A stretch of 32,000 bases of DNA, taken from assembly GCA_046537905.1 (NCBI GenBank), contig JBKHJW010000013.1, forward strand, positions 36,466-68,465, given 5' to 3'. The notes beneath the pieces are model-generated. The model was not told the origin of the DNA. It did not search any database and was given only the letters and a program-made list of their open reading frames with translations. Of the stretch, positions 1 through 8,271 are shown in pieces. The DNA is from Ralstonia sp. Lineage in GTDB: Bacteria; Pseudomonadota; Gammaproteobacteria; Burkholderiales; Burkholderiaceae. The translations under genes and the position numbers were made by a program. Positions within the stretch are counted from its first letter, which is position 1; every line of letters begins with the position of its first letter.

Positions 1-54
1 GACAAGCATGCCGCCTCACAGGACGGAGGCGGCGAGACGGATGCGGATGGGCGC

Positions 55-750
55 TTAGACCGTGCGCTTGGTTGGCACCAGCGAGCGCCAGAAGCGCTGG
101 CCGAAGCGGCGCACGTCGCGCAGGTTGCGCTTGAGCAGGTAGTCGAGGTCGGCGATCTGTTCGTCGACGGCCTCGGTCAGCAGGCTCACCGTGTCGGCGG
201 GCGGCAGTTCTAGGTAGGCGTCGGCTTCACCGTATGCATACTGCACGCGCATGCCGGCCTTCTTGGCGATGTGCATCATGGCCGCGTTGCGCGACAGGCA
301 ATGCATATAGAGCGTGCGCACCTTGGTGTTGCGACCGTGCATGGCGGCGCGCTGGAACAATGCGCTGCCGATGCCCTTGCCGCGCGCCGATTCCGACACC
401 GACACGCCAAACTCGGCCACGCGGCCCTGCGGGTTGTCGCGCAGGTAGGCGAGGTGGCCGACGCCGATCAGCGTCAGGCGCTCGTCGTACACGCCAAAGA
501 CCTTGTCGTGGTCGAAATCGATGCTGTCGACATAGGCTTCGATCACGTGGTCGCCCACCACCTGGCCGAAACGCAGCAGGCGGTCCTCCTCGCCCAGGGC
601 AAGAAAGTGCTTGAGCAGGCGCGACCGATGATGGGCGGCAAGCTCGCGCACCAGCACGGTGGTCCGCGGCGCGCCGTGCGCGGCTGCGGTCTTGTCGATG
701 TCGTCCTGGGTGACGGCACCGATGGCCTTGCTCAGTTCGAGCGGGTTCAC
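55..750 (-). CDS. GNAT-family N-acetyltransferase (231 aa, GTG start)
   Basis: The C-terminal half has a GNAT-style acetyl-CoA pocket motif (VSESARGKGIGSALFQRAA). Codon third positions are strongly G/C. The start codon on the minus strand is GTG at 748-750. Confidence 0.7.
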   Translation of the reverse strand: MNPLELSKAIGAVTQDDIDKTAAAHGAPRTTVLVRELAAHHRSRLLKHFLALGEEDRLLRFGQVVGDHVIEAYVDSIDFDHDKVFGVYDERLTLIGVGHLAYLRDNPQGRVAEFGVSVSESARGKGIGSALFQRAAMHGRNTKVRTLYMHCLSRNAAMMHIAKKAGMRVQYAYGEADAYLELPPADTVSLLTEAVDEQIADLDYLLKRNLRDVRRFGQRFWRSLVPTKRTV

Positions 751-850
751 GACAACGTTTCCTATTCCAGGCGTCCCGGGTGGGCCGCGAGATGATCAAA
801 AGGCGGCGCAGGTAGCGCCACCGACACACACAATCGGTATGCAACTGAGT

Positions 851-867
851 GTTGTGCATTGCACAAC
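851..867. promoter_or_regulatory. Perfect 8+1+8 palindrome GTTGTGCA-T-TGCACAAC, candidate operator
   Basis: Read directly from the divergent GNAT/kefF intergenic region, about 100 nt upstream of the GNAT start. No cognate regulator can be identified in the window. Confidence 0.3.
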
Positions 868-1156
868 GACATTGTAGGGCAATCAGGGATTTCCCGTAAA
901 CGTGGTGTCAGCGTTTCGCCAGGTTTTCTCGACAAATCATTGATTTAACGCAGTCTGACGCGGGTCTTGCCCGTGTCGCACATCAACAACGCCGGATGCT
1001 GCGCCGCGCAAACGAGCGGCGTTCGGCGCGCTTCTGCAAGATAAGTGCTTGATGCTGCGCTCACTGTATGTCGGGGTTTCGCTGGTTCCGCTGCTACACG
1101 ATAGCCGTGCGAAGATGCGCGTTCAAGACGCCCCGCCTTCCCATCCCGCATTGTTC

Positions 1157-1714
1157 ATGACTGCCTCGCGCATCCTGGTGATCTACGCGCACCCCGCGCA
1201 GCGCCGCTCCCGCGCCAACAAGCCGCTCGCCCAGGCGCTGGCCGGTCTGCCCGGTGTGGCGATGCATGACTTGTATTGGCGCTACCCCGATTTCGACATC
1301 GACGTGCGCGCCGAGCAGGCGGCCCTGGAGGCGGCCGAGGTGGTGGCGTTCCAGTTTCCGGTGCAGTGGTACGCCACGCCGTCGCTGCTCAAGGAGTGGC
1401 TGGACGTGGTGCTGGAGATGGGCTGGGCTTACGGGCCGGGCGGCACGGCGCTGCGCGGCAAGCACGCGCTGGTGCTGGCGACCACCGGCGGCCGCGCCCA
1501 CGCCTATGGCCCCGATGGCACCCATGGCCACGCCTTCGACATGTTCCTGCTGCCGTTGCAACAAACCGCTGCGCTGTGTGGCATGCACTGGCTGCCGCCG
1601 CACGTATTGCACGACGCCGACGACGCCTCGGCCGAGGCCATCGCGGCCCATATCGCGCAGGTGTGCGCCGCACTGCAACCCTGGCTGGCCGCCCCCAACG
1701 GCATGCCGGCCTGA
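1157..1714 (+). CDS. kefF: KefF/KefG-type flavodoxin-like NAD(P)H oxidoreductase, ancillary subunit of the K+ efflux system
   Basis: Read from the internal ATG at 1157, the protein (MTASRILVIYAHP...) carries the blocks I recall from E. coli KefF/KefG: YAHP, YPDFDIDV..EQ, FQFPVQWY, LKEWLD, GWAYGPGGTAL.GK and TTGG. Its stop lies 18 nt before kefC. The 36 upstream codons of the tracked ORF show no such similarity. Confidence 0.8.
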   Translation: MTASRILVIYAHPAQRRSRANKPLAQALAGLPGVAMHDLYWRYPDFDIDVRAEQAALEAAEVVAFQFPVQWYATPSLLKEWLDVVLEMGWAYGPGGTALRGKHALVLATTGGRAHAYGPDGTHGHAFDMFLLPLQQTAALCGMHWLPPHVLHDADDASAEAIAAHIAQVCAALQPWLAAPNGMPA

Positions 1715-1731
1715 CGCTTCCTCCCTTCGCC

Positions 1732-3663
1732 ATGCAATCGCACGACCTGCTCGTCAATTTCGTCATCTACCTGGCCGCGGCCGTGGCGGCGGTGCCGCTG
1801 GCGCGCCGGCTGGGCCTCGGCTCGGTGCTCGGCTACTTGCTGGCCGGCGTGATCGTCGGGCCGTGGGGCCTGCGGCTCATCACCAATGTGCAGTCGATCC
1901 TGGATTTCTCCGAGTTTGGCGTCGTGCTGATGATGTTTGTGATCGGGCTGGAGCTGGAGCCGGCGCGGCTGTGGTCGCTCCGGCGCAGCATCTTCGGCTA
2001 TGGCGGGCTGCAGTTGGCGGCGTGCGCGCTGGTCGTCGGCCTGGCGGTGATGGCGGTCGGCCAGCCGTGGCGCGCGGCGGTGGTGGCGGGGCTGGGGCTG
2101 GCGCTGTCGTCCACGGCGATTGCGTTGGCCACGCTCACCGAGCGCAACCTGATGCGCACGCCGTCGGGCACCGCCAGCTTCGGCATCCTGCTGTTCCAGG
2201 ACATCGCGGCCATCCCGATGATCGCGCTGCTGCCGCTACTCGCGCCCGACACCGGCGACGCGGCCGGCGGCCACCACTGGCAGGCGGCGGCCAAGGCGGT
2301 GGGCGTGGTGGCGGCGGTCATCTTCGGCGGGCGCACGCTGCTGCGCCCGGTGCTGCGCGCGATTGCCCGCACCAACATGCGCGAGATGTTCACCTCGTTC
2401 TCGCTGCTGCTGGTGGTGGGCATTGCGCTGCTGATGCACAGCGTGGGCCTGTCGATGGCGCTCGGTGCCTTCATTGCCGGCGTGCTGCTGGCCGACTCCG
2501 AATACCGCCACGCGCTGGAAACCGACATCGAGCCGTTCAAGGGCCTGCTGCTCGGGCTGTTCTTCCTGGCCGTCGGCATGTCGATCGACTTTGGCGTGCT
2601 GATGCGCCAGCCGCTGGCGGTGGCGGTGCTGGTGGTGGTGTTTCTGGTGGTGAAGATCGGCGCGCTGCGCCTGCTGGCGACGCGCTTCGGCATCGCCCGT
2701 GGGCAGGCCTGGCTGTTTGCCTTCCTGCTGTCGCAGGGCGGCGAGTTCGCCTTCGTGGTGTTCGGGCCCAGCGTGGCGGGCGAGGTGCTGGGCGCCGAGA
2801 CGGCCGCCACGCTCAACCTGGTGGTGGCCTTGTCGATGGCGGCGACGCCGCTATTGCTGCTGTTCCACGACAAGATCCTGGTGTCGCGCCTGACGGTGGG
2901 CAAGCGGCGCGCGCCCGATGCCATCGCGCCGCAGGACAACGCTGTCATCATCGCCGGCTTCGGCCGCTTCGGGCAGATCGTCGGCCGCATGCTGTACAGC
3001 CAGGGCTATAGCGCCACCGTGCTCGACCATGATCCCGACCAGGTCGACATGCTGCGCCGCTTCGGCTTCAAGGTCTTCTATGGCGACGCCACTCGCATGG
3101 ACCTGCTCGAGACCGCCGGCGCCGATACCGCCCGCATGATGGTGGTCGCCATCGACGACATGGAGACCAGCCTGGAGATCGTCGACCGCGTGCGCGAGCG
3201 CTTCCCGCACCTGAAGCTGTACGTGCGGGCGCGCAACGTGTCGCACGTCTACCAGCTGCGCGATCGCGGTGTCGAGGTGATCGAGCGCGAGATGTTCGAG
3301 GGCTCGCTGTTGCTTGGTCGGCGCGTGCTGGAAGGGCTGGGCAAGGAGCCCTACGAGGCGCACCGCATCGCCCAGACCTTCCGCCGCCACACGCTCAATT
3401 CGATGGACCAGGTCTACCCGGTCTACCGCGACCAGAAGAAGCTGGTCTCGCTCGCCCAGCAAGGGCGCGACGAGCTGGCCGAGATGTTCCAGCGCGACCG
3501 CACCCAGCGCAAGCGCCTGCGCGAATCCGGCATGCCATGGGGCGAGGGCGATGCGCACAGCGCCACGCTGCAAGCGCCCGCCGAGCCCGAGCCCACCGAC
3601 GAGATCGACCCCGGCCAGCCCATCGACTGCCCGGAGCGCGCCGGCATCCGCCGCGAAGATTGA
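1732..3663 (+). CDS. kefC: Glutathione-regulated K+ efflux antiporter KefC/KefB (643 aa)
   Basis: Read from ATG 1732 (MQSHDLLVNFVIYLAAAVAAVPLARRLGLGSVLGYLLAG...), the protein has a multi-TM cation/H+ exchanger domain. This is followed by a KTN/RCK domain with the Rossmann motif IIAGFGRFGQ. The tracked ORF from 1276 is an upstream extension that overlaps kefF in another frame. Confidence 0.9.
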   Translation: MQSHDLLVNFVIYLAAAVAAVPLARRLGLGSVLGYLLAGVIVGPWGLRLITNVQSILDFSEFGVVLMMFVIGLELEPARLWSLRRSIFGYGGLQLAACALVVGLAVMAVGQPWRAAVVAGLGLALSSTAIALATLTERNLMRTPSGTASFGILLFQDIAAIPMIALLPLLAPDTGDAAGGHHWQAAAKAVGVVAAVIFGGRTLLRPVLRAIARTNMREMFTSFSLLLVVGIALLMHSVGLSMALGAFIAGVLLADSEYRHALETDIEPFKGLLLGLFFLAVGMSIDFGVLMRQPLAVAVLVVVFLVVKIGALRLLATRFGIARGQAWLFAFLLSQGGEFAFVVFGPSVAGEVLGAETAATLNLVVALSMAATPLLLLFHDKILVSRLTVGKRRAPDAIAPQDNAVIIAGFGRFGQIVGRMLYSQGYSATVLDHDPDQVDMLRRFGFKVFYGDATRMDLLETAGADTARMMVVAIDDMETSLEIVDRVRERFPHLKLYVRARNVSHVYQLRDRGVEVIEREMFEGSLLLGRRVLEGLGKEPYEAHRIAQTFRRHTLNSMDQVYPVYRDQKKLVSLAQQGRDELAEMFQRDRTQRKRLRESGMPWGEGDAHSATLQAPAEPEPTDEIDPGQPIDCPERAGIRRED

Positions 3664-3684
3664 TGACTGCGGCTGCGTGCCGCG

Positions 3685-4476
3685 TCAGCTGTAGACGCTG
3701 ACGTTGCTGCCGACCGCGACCGAAGCCGCCGACTGGCCGCCCAGGCTTTGCGACAGCTTTTGCAGGAAATCCTGCAGCGTCACCGAACTGGTGCTCGACG
3801 AAGCGCTGGTCGACGAAGCGCTGGCGGTCGTGCTGGTCGTGCTCGTGCTACCGCTCGAAGTGCCTTGCGCGTCGCTCACCAGCTTCTGGAAGTCCGACTG
3901 CAGCGTCGACAGCGCGCTGTTGGACGACGTGTTCCCGCTGTTCAGTTGCGAGATCAGGCTCTGCAGGCCCGATGCCAGGTCCGAGCCGTAGCCGGACGTG
4001 TTGCTCGAGCTGGACGTGCTGCTGGTGCTGGCGCTCGAGGTGCTGTCACTGCTGCTGGCGCTCTTCAGTGCCGAGAACAGGTCGTGCGTGAGCTTGCGCA
4101 TGTCCTGGCCGACGGTCGAGTTGCCGCTGTCATCGGGCGGCGGGGGCGGCGGCATATCGCCATCGGGCGGCGGCATCGATCCGTTGGCGGCGCTGGTGGA
4201 GGTGGTGCTGCCCGTTGCGCTTGTTGCGCTCGCTGCGCCGGTCGAGTCGGTTGACGAGGTGGAACTGCTGCCACTGGTGGACGAGGTGCCCGACAGGCCG
4301 AGCTGGCTGAGGGCCTGCTCGATCGCCTGCATGAAGTCGCCACCGCCGCCGTGCCGATGGCGGCGCACCGGCGTGGTGCTGGTGGCGTCGTCGGTGGAGC
4401 TGGTCGCGCTCGTACTGGTCGACGAGACTGCGCTCGTCGTATAGAGCGCGCTGCTGCTGATGGAAGAGATCGTCAC
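3685..4476 (-). CDS. Ser/Thr-rich, cysteine-free low-complexity protein with five short amphipathic helices (hypothetical)
   Basis: The 288-aa ORF (3685-4551) is over half Ser/Thr, with islands DFMQAIEQALSQLGL, MRKLTHDLFSALKS, LASGLQSLISQLNSG, LSTLQSDFQKLVSDAQG and TLQDFLQKLSQSLGG plus a PPPDGDMPPPPPPDD stretch. The start is uncertain: ATG 4551 sits only ~22 nt from the upstream terminator, GTG 4476 follows a GGGGG run, and ATG 4332 is also possible. No signal peptide is visible. Confidence 0.5.
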   Translation of the reverse strand: MTISSISSSALYTTSAVSSTSTSATSSTDDATSTTPVRRHRHGGGGDFMQAIEQALSQLGLSGTSSTSGSSSTSSTDSTGAASATSATGSTTSTSAANGSMPPPDGDMPPPPPPDDSGNSTVGQDMRKLTHDLFSALKSASSSDSTSSASTSSTSSSSNTSGYGSDLASGLQSLISQLNSGNTSSNSALSTLQSDFQKLVSDAQGTSSGSTSTTSTTASASSTSASSSTSSVTLQDFLQKLSQSLGGQSAASVAVGSNVSVYS

Positions 4477-4572
4477 GGTGTGCCCCCGGGAATTGGCGTG
4501 GTTGGTCCTGCTCCCGGATTGACGGCCGCGGCGGGGGCGGCCTGAAGGCACACACTGCGAAGACGGTGTGAA

Positions 4573-4600
4573 GAAAAAAGGAGCGCACCTGGCGCTCCCC
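4573..4600 (-). terminator. Rho-independent terminator after the DUF1835-like gene
   Basis: The minus strand reads GGGGAGCGCCAGGTGCGCTCC followed by TTTTTTCTTC. The GGAGCGC/GCGCTCC stem is followed by a T-tract, about 35 nt downstream of the stop at 4635. Confidence 0.7.
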
Positions 4601-4634
4601 GACTGACTGGCACAACGGCAGGATGCCGCCGTTC

Positions 4635-5429
4635 TTAAACCGCCACGCTCACATTGCGGCGCAGCTCGCAGGTGGCCAGCGAATCGGACTCGCCGCGCAG
4701 CAGCAACTGGCCGTTGCCGACCAGTTCACGGCAGCGCCAGAAGACGAACCAATCGCTGGCGAGCAGCCCGTCGATGGCGCCCATGATGCTGGCGACCACG
4801 TCACGGGCGCTGGCCCAGTCGGTCGGCACGTGTTCGAGGATCACCTCGTCGACGGTGGCGTACGACACCGGCACCAGCGTATTGCCTTTCCACAGCCGCA
4901 CGTCGGCGTTCTCGCGCACGGTCTGCTGCCACTCGTAGGCCAGGCGCCCGATGCGCAGCACCGAGACCGGGGCGATGGTGGAGAAGCGCCGCGCCAGCCG
5001 CGCCCCCGGATACATGCCGATGGTGGTGAGCGCCCCCTGGCTGCCGGGCATCTCCAGCTCGCGCATGTCCATGCCGATTTCGTTGATCCGCTGCGGCGAC
5101 TGGCACAGGTGGAAGGCCACCCGGCGCAGCATCAGCTGGTCCGACGCGCTCTGCCCATGCCAGAGCGCGACCTCCGTGGTCTGATCGCGCAGATCGGCAA
5201 GCGACGCCAGCGCGTCGTGCATCTCGGCGGCAAAGTCGATCTTGCTGTTGGGGGCGACGCGCTGCCAGAAGCCCGAACGCGCCATGGCGGCGCCGTCGAC
5301 GTCGGCCAGCGGCCCGACGGCGAGATCGTCGCGCAAGACCACAACGGAATCGGGGCGGCCAGCCTGTGCGAGCGCCTGCTTGAGCGTGGCGCCGGCAACA
5401 TCGCCGTTGACGACATGGATGTATTGCAT
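4635..5429 (-). CDS. DUF1835/DUF3658-like protein (264 aa)
   Basis: The N-terminus MQYIHVVNGDVAGATLKQAL... and the later ALWHGQSASDQLMLRRV block match my memory of the DUF1835 family pattern (IHIV.GDSAAG.LK). The family assignment is from memory only. Confidence 0.6.
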   Translation of the reverse strand: MQYIHVVNGDVAGATLKQALAQAGRPDSVVVLRDDLAVGPLADVDGAAMARSGFWQRVAPNSKIDFAAEMHDALASLADLRDQTTEVALWHGQSASDQLMLRRVAFHLCQSPQRINEIGMDMRELEMPGSQGALTTIGMYPGARLARRFSTIAPVSVLRIGRLAYEWQQTVRENADVRLWKGNTLVPVSYATVDEVILEHVPTDWASARDVVASIMGAIDGLLASDWFVFWRCRELVGNGQLLLRGESDSLATCELRRNVSVAV

Positions 5430-5621
5430 GGCGGCAATTGTAGCGACAGTGTCATCGGCGTGCTCTCGTTTTGCGCAGGTCTGCCGATATTCCTTTGCGC
5501 GGCGTCAGAGGTCCCATCCGTAGGGGGAATGGCGCCCCAGGCAACGCTCAGGCACCCGTGCGAAAATCGCGCCTTTGTTGCAAACCATAACGAACCGGAA
5601 CGAGTCGGTGAGGAACCATTC

Positions 5622-6932
5622 ATGAAGACCATGTCGATCGCGCGGGGCATGCGCCCGGCCATGTTGGCGCTGCTGCTGGCCGCGGGCGCGCTGGCCTCGG
5701 GGCAGGCGGCCGCCGTGCCGCCCGCCGAGATCTACAAGCGCGCCCAGCAGGAGAAGCCGGCGCTGATCGACACCATGAAGACGCTGGTCTCGATCGAATC
5801 CGGCAGCAAGGACATCGAGGGCCTGGACAAGATCGCCGGCGTGATTGCCGATCGCCTGCGCCTGCTCGGCGGCGACGTCAAGCTGGTCGACCCGAGCGAG
5901 CACGCCTACCGCATGGCCGACACGCCCGAGAAGATCGGCAAGATGGTGCTGGCGCGCTTCAAGGGCGACGGCAAGCGCAACATCATGCTGATCGCGCACA
6001 TGGACACGGTGTACCTGAAGGGCATGCTCGCGCAGCAGCCGTTCCGCATCGACGGTGAGCGCGCCTACGGTCTGGGCATCGCCGACGACAAGAATGGCGT
6101 GGCGGTCATCCTGCACACCGTGGCGATCCTGCAGGCGGTGGGTTTTAAGCAATATGGCACGCTCACCGTGCTGATCAACGGCGATGAGGAGATCAGCTCG
6201 CCGGGCGCGCGCGCCATGCAGGCCAAGCTGGGCGCCGAGCAGGACGCCGTGTTCTCCTGCGAAGGCACCCGCGTGAACGCCGACAAGCTGTCGCTGGCCA
6301 CCAGCGGCATCGGCGCCATCCTGCTGGATGTGAAGGGCAAGGCCTCGCACGCCGGCGGCGCCCCGGAGCAGGGCCGCAACGCGCTGTATGAACTGTCGCA
6401 CCAGGTGCTGCAGATGCGCGACCTGTCCAACCCGCAGACCGGCCTGAAGGTCAACTGGACGGTCGCCCAGGCGGGTACCAACCGCAACGTGATCCCGGCC
6501 GTGGCCAGCGCCCAGGCCGACGTGCGCCTGCTGCGCGCGGCCGACGCCGACAAGCTGGAGCAGATGGTGGGCGAGCGCATCAAGAACAAGCTGATCCCGG
6601 ATGCGCAGGTGACGGCCAAGTTCGAGCGCCGCCGCCCGCCGCTGGAAGCGACGCCCGCGTCGCGCGCGCTGGCCGAGCACGCCCAGAAGATCTATGGCGA
6701 ACTCGGCAAGACGCTTGAGATCGACGACAAGGCCGAAGGCGGTGGGACGGACGCCGCATTTGCAGCGTCCAAGACCCAGGCGCCGGTCATCGAACGCTTC
6801 GGCCTGGCGAGCTTTGGCGCGCACTCGAACGATGCGGAATACGTCGACCTGAACTCCATCGTGCCGCGTCTGTACCTGCTCACGCGCATGGTGATGGATG
6901 TGTCACGCGACCGCGTGGGCGTGACCAAGTAA
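5622..6932 (+). CDS. cpg2: Periplasmic M20-family glutamate carboxypeptidase (carboxypeptidase G2-like, 436 aa)
   Basis: Read from ATG 5622, the protein has a signal peptide (MKTMSIARGMRPAMLALLLAAGALASGQAAA). Long blocks are colinear with Pseudomonas CPG2 as I recall it: HMDTVYLKGML...PFR..GE.AYG.GIADDK.G.AVILHT, TVL.N.DEE, GKASHAG.APE.G.NAL, GGGTDAA and AEYVD...I.PRLYL. The tracked ORF start at 4623 is an artefactual extension antisense to the neighbouring gene. Confidence 0.9.
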   Translation: MKTMSIARGMRPAMLALLLAAGALASGQAAAVPPAEIYKRAQQEKPALIDTMKTLVSIESGSKDIEGLDKIAGVIADRLRLLGGDVKLVDPSEHAYRMADTPEKIGKMVLARFKGDGKRNIMLIAHMDTVYLKGMLAQQPFRIDGERAYGLGIADDKNGVAVILHTVAILQAVGFKQYGTLTVLINGDEEISSPGARAMQAKLGAEQDAVFSCEGTRVNADKLSLATSGIGAILLDVKGKASHAGGAPEQGRNALYELSHQVLQMRDLSNPQTGLKVNWTVAQAGTNRNVIPAVASAQADVRLLRAADADKLEQMVGERIKNKLIPDAQVTAKFERRRPPLEATPASRALAEHAQKIYGELGKTLEIDDKAEGGGTDAAFAASKTQAPVIERFGLASFGAHSNDAEYVDLNSIVPRLYLLTRMVMDVSRDRVGVTK

Positions 6933-6975
6933 CACCTCGGCGTGCGGGTGGGGTGACAACATTCCACCCATCGCG

Positions 6976-7032
6976 GCGACACGGGACGGTAGCTTGATCG
7001 GTTTTCCACCGATCCGCTCCGTCCCGTGTCGC
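6976..7032. repeat. Nested perfect inverted repeat (14-bp outer arms, 7-bp inner arms)
   Basis: GCGACACGGGACGG (6976-6989) pairs with CCGTCCCGTGTCGC (7019-7032). Inside it, GATCGGT (6996-7002) pairs with ACCGATC (7008-7014). The structure lies between the cpg2 stop and the porin, and its right arm contains the porin GTG start (7026). Confidence 0.8.
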
Positions 7033-7226
7033 GTTATCTCTTTCGTTACCCCGCCGTACGCGCGGGGGCGCTGTTCGCCCTGTTGTCGTCTCCCGCGCTG
7101 GCCGAGTCCGGCGTGTCGGTATCCGGTTTCATCGATGCCGGCGTGTACCACATGAGCGACCGGCCGACCGCGGTCGGCTCCATCCAGCCCAGCTCCATCA
7201 CGCTCAAGGGGCGCGAGGATCTTGAT

Positions 7227-7248
7227 GGCCTTGGCCTTGGCCTTGGCC
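7227..7248. repeat. Hexanucleotide tandem repeat (GGCCTT x3.7) encoding GLGLGLG
   Basis: Read directly as ggcc ttggcc ttggcc ttggcc. It lies immediately upstream of the pentanucleotide tract, inside the porin coding sequence. Confidence 0.9.
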
Positions 7249-7250
7249 AG

Positions 7251-7285
7251 GGCTGGGCTGGGCTGGGCTGGGCTGGGCTGGGCTG
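7251..7285. repeat. Pentanucleotide simple-sequence repeat (GGCTG)x7
   Basis: Read directly as seven perfect head-to-tail GGCTG units (35 bp). The unit length is not a multiple of 3, so any change in copy number shifts the reading frame. Confidence 0.95.
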
Positions 7286-8165
7286 CCGTCTTCAATCTCA
7301 CCAACCGGTTCAACCTGGGGGATGGCCGCCAGAGTCCGAACGGCGCGTCGCCCTTGTTCTACGGCGAATCGACCGTCGGCATCGCTGGCCCATTCGGGTC
7401 GCTGCGCGCCGGCCGCGGCATGACGCCCATGTGGGTGTTCGACGAGCGCTACGATCCGTGGGCCAACTACCAGATCGTCAGCTCGATTGCGTGGTATGTG
7501 TTCCACCCGTCCTATCGCACCGATCCTTACAACAACGGCGCCTTCGGTGACGTCTCACGCCTGAACAATGGCCTGTTCTATGACTCGCCTACATGGCAGG
7601 GCTGGCATGCCCACGCCAGCGTGGGTGTGGACAAGCACACTGCGCCAGACGTGTTCGGCAACGTTGACCAGGTCCGCCCCGTTGCCGCCTCGCTCAATTA
7701 CGACGCGGGCCCATGGTCCGGCATGCTTACCGCCGAGCGCAATTCCGCACGCGACAACACCTGGTTTGCCGGCGTCACCTATGACGTTGGCGCCGTCAAG
7801 GTGATGGGCTCGTACAGTCAGACACGCTTGTCCGCCGCCAGCCAGACATTCCTGGGCGACGCCACTGCCCGCCGCACGGCGGCCACGCTGGGCGCAGCAT
7901 GGAACCTCAGCGGTGCGGTCACGCTCAAGGCCGGCATCGGCCGCGACTTCCAGGGCTATGGCGCCGACGGCCTGACCGACTACGCCAGCCTTGGCGCGGA
8001 CTACGCGCTCTCCAAACGCAGCACGCTCTATGTCAGTGGTGGGGTGCAGAAAGGGGCGCGTGTGTCCGATATCCGCCGCATCGGCGCCGGTATGTCGCAT
8101 ACGTTCTGAGACCGTCGGCGCGCCAGCCCTCTATATAAGACACCGTCGCGCGCTTGCGGCGGGCA

Positions 8166-8200
8166 TGAAAAAGCCCCGCGCGGCGCGATGCCAGCGGGGC
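8166..8200 (-). terminator. Probable rho-independent terminator of the small secreted-protein gene
   Basis: The minus strand reads GCCCCGC-(14 nt)-GCGGGGC followed by TTTTTC, about 70 nt downstream of the stop at 8272. The loop is rather large. Confidence 0.5.
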
Positions 8201-8271
8201 TCGAGAGGGCCAAAGGCGGGAAATGGAGGATGCCTGGAGACCGGCCCGGAACCAGGGTGCCGATCAACCGA

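Larger units (their letters stand above)
7026..8109 (+). pseudogene. Gram-negative (Burkholderiales-type) trimeric porin interrupted by a frameshift inside a GGCTG repeat tract
   Basis: The two ORF pieces (7026-7550 and 7222-8109, offset +1) together align colinearly with the intact porin at 9047-10210. Matching blocks are the signal peptide, ITLKGREDLDG vs WGLKGSEDLGG, AVFNLTNRFNLGDG vs ALFVLESGFDPQTG, GSLRAGR vs GTLTAGR, and the C-terminal GAGMSHTF vs GVGIRHIF. The frame switches within 7251-7285. Confidence 0.75.

Noticed and set aside
1254-3011. Long alternative-frame and antisense ORFs overlapping kefC (1254-3011 plus strand, 1998-2990 minus strand). The same type of ORF occurs opposite other genes: 5505-6824, 9035-10201, 12817-13851, 22364-23308, 28256-29185, 29805-31646.
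   Set aside because: These are typical shadow ORFs of high-GC DNA. Their translations are Arg/Ala/Pro/Gly-rich with no recognisable domains, and each overlaps a gene whose product has clear family motifs.
3704-4444. Plus-strand ORFs (3704-3991, 3748-4254, 3998-4444) antisense to the Ser/Thr-rich gene
   Set aside because: Low-complexity AGC/ACC-type codon runs leave the complementary frames open (Leu/Val/Glu/Ala runs). There are no start-site signals, and the minus-strand frame has the more protein-like helix islands.
4623-5621. A 333-codon N-terminal extension of the carboxypeptidase ORF
   Set aside because: It runs antisense through the DUF1835-like gene with a shadow-ORF composition. The CPG2-like similarity and a proper signal peptide begin at ATG 5622.
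7227-7285. Short tandem repeats considered as a CRISPR-like or minisatellite array
   Set aside because: The units are 5-6 bp, contiguous, without spacers, and lie inside a porin coding sequence. They are simple-sequence repeats, not CRISPR.
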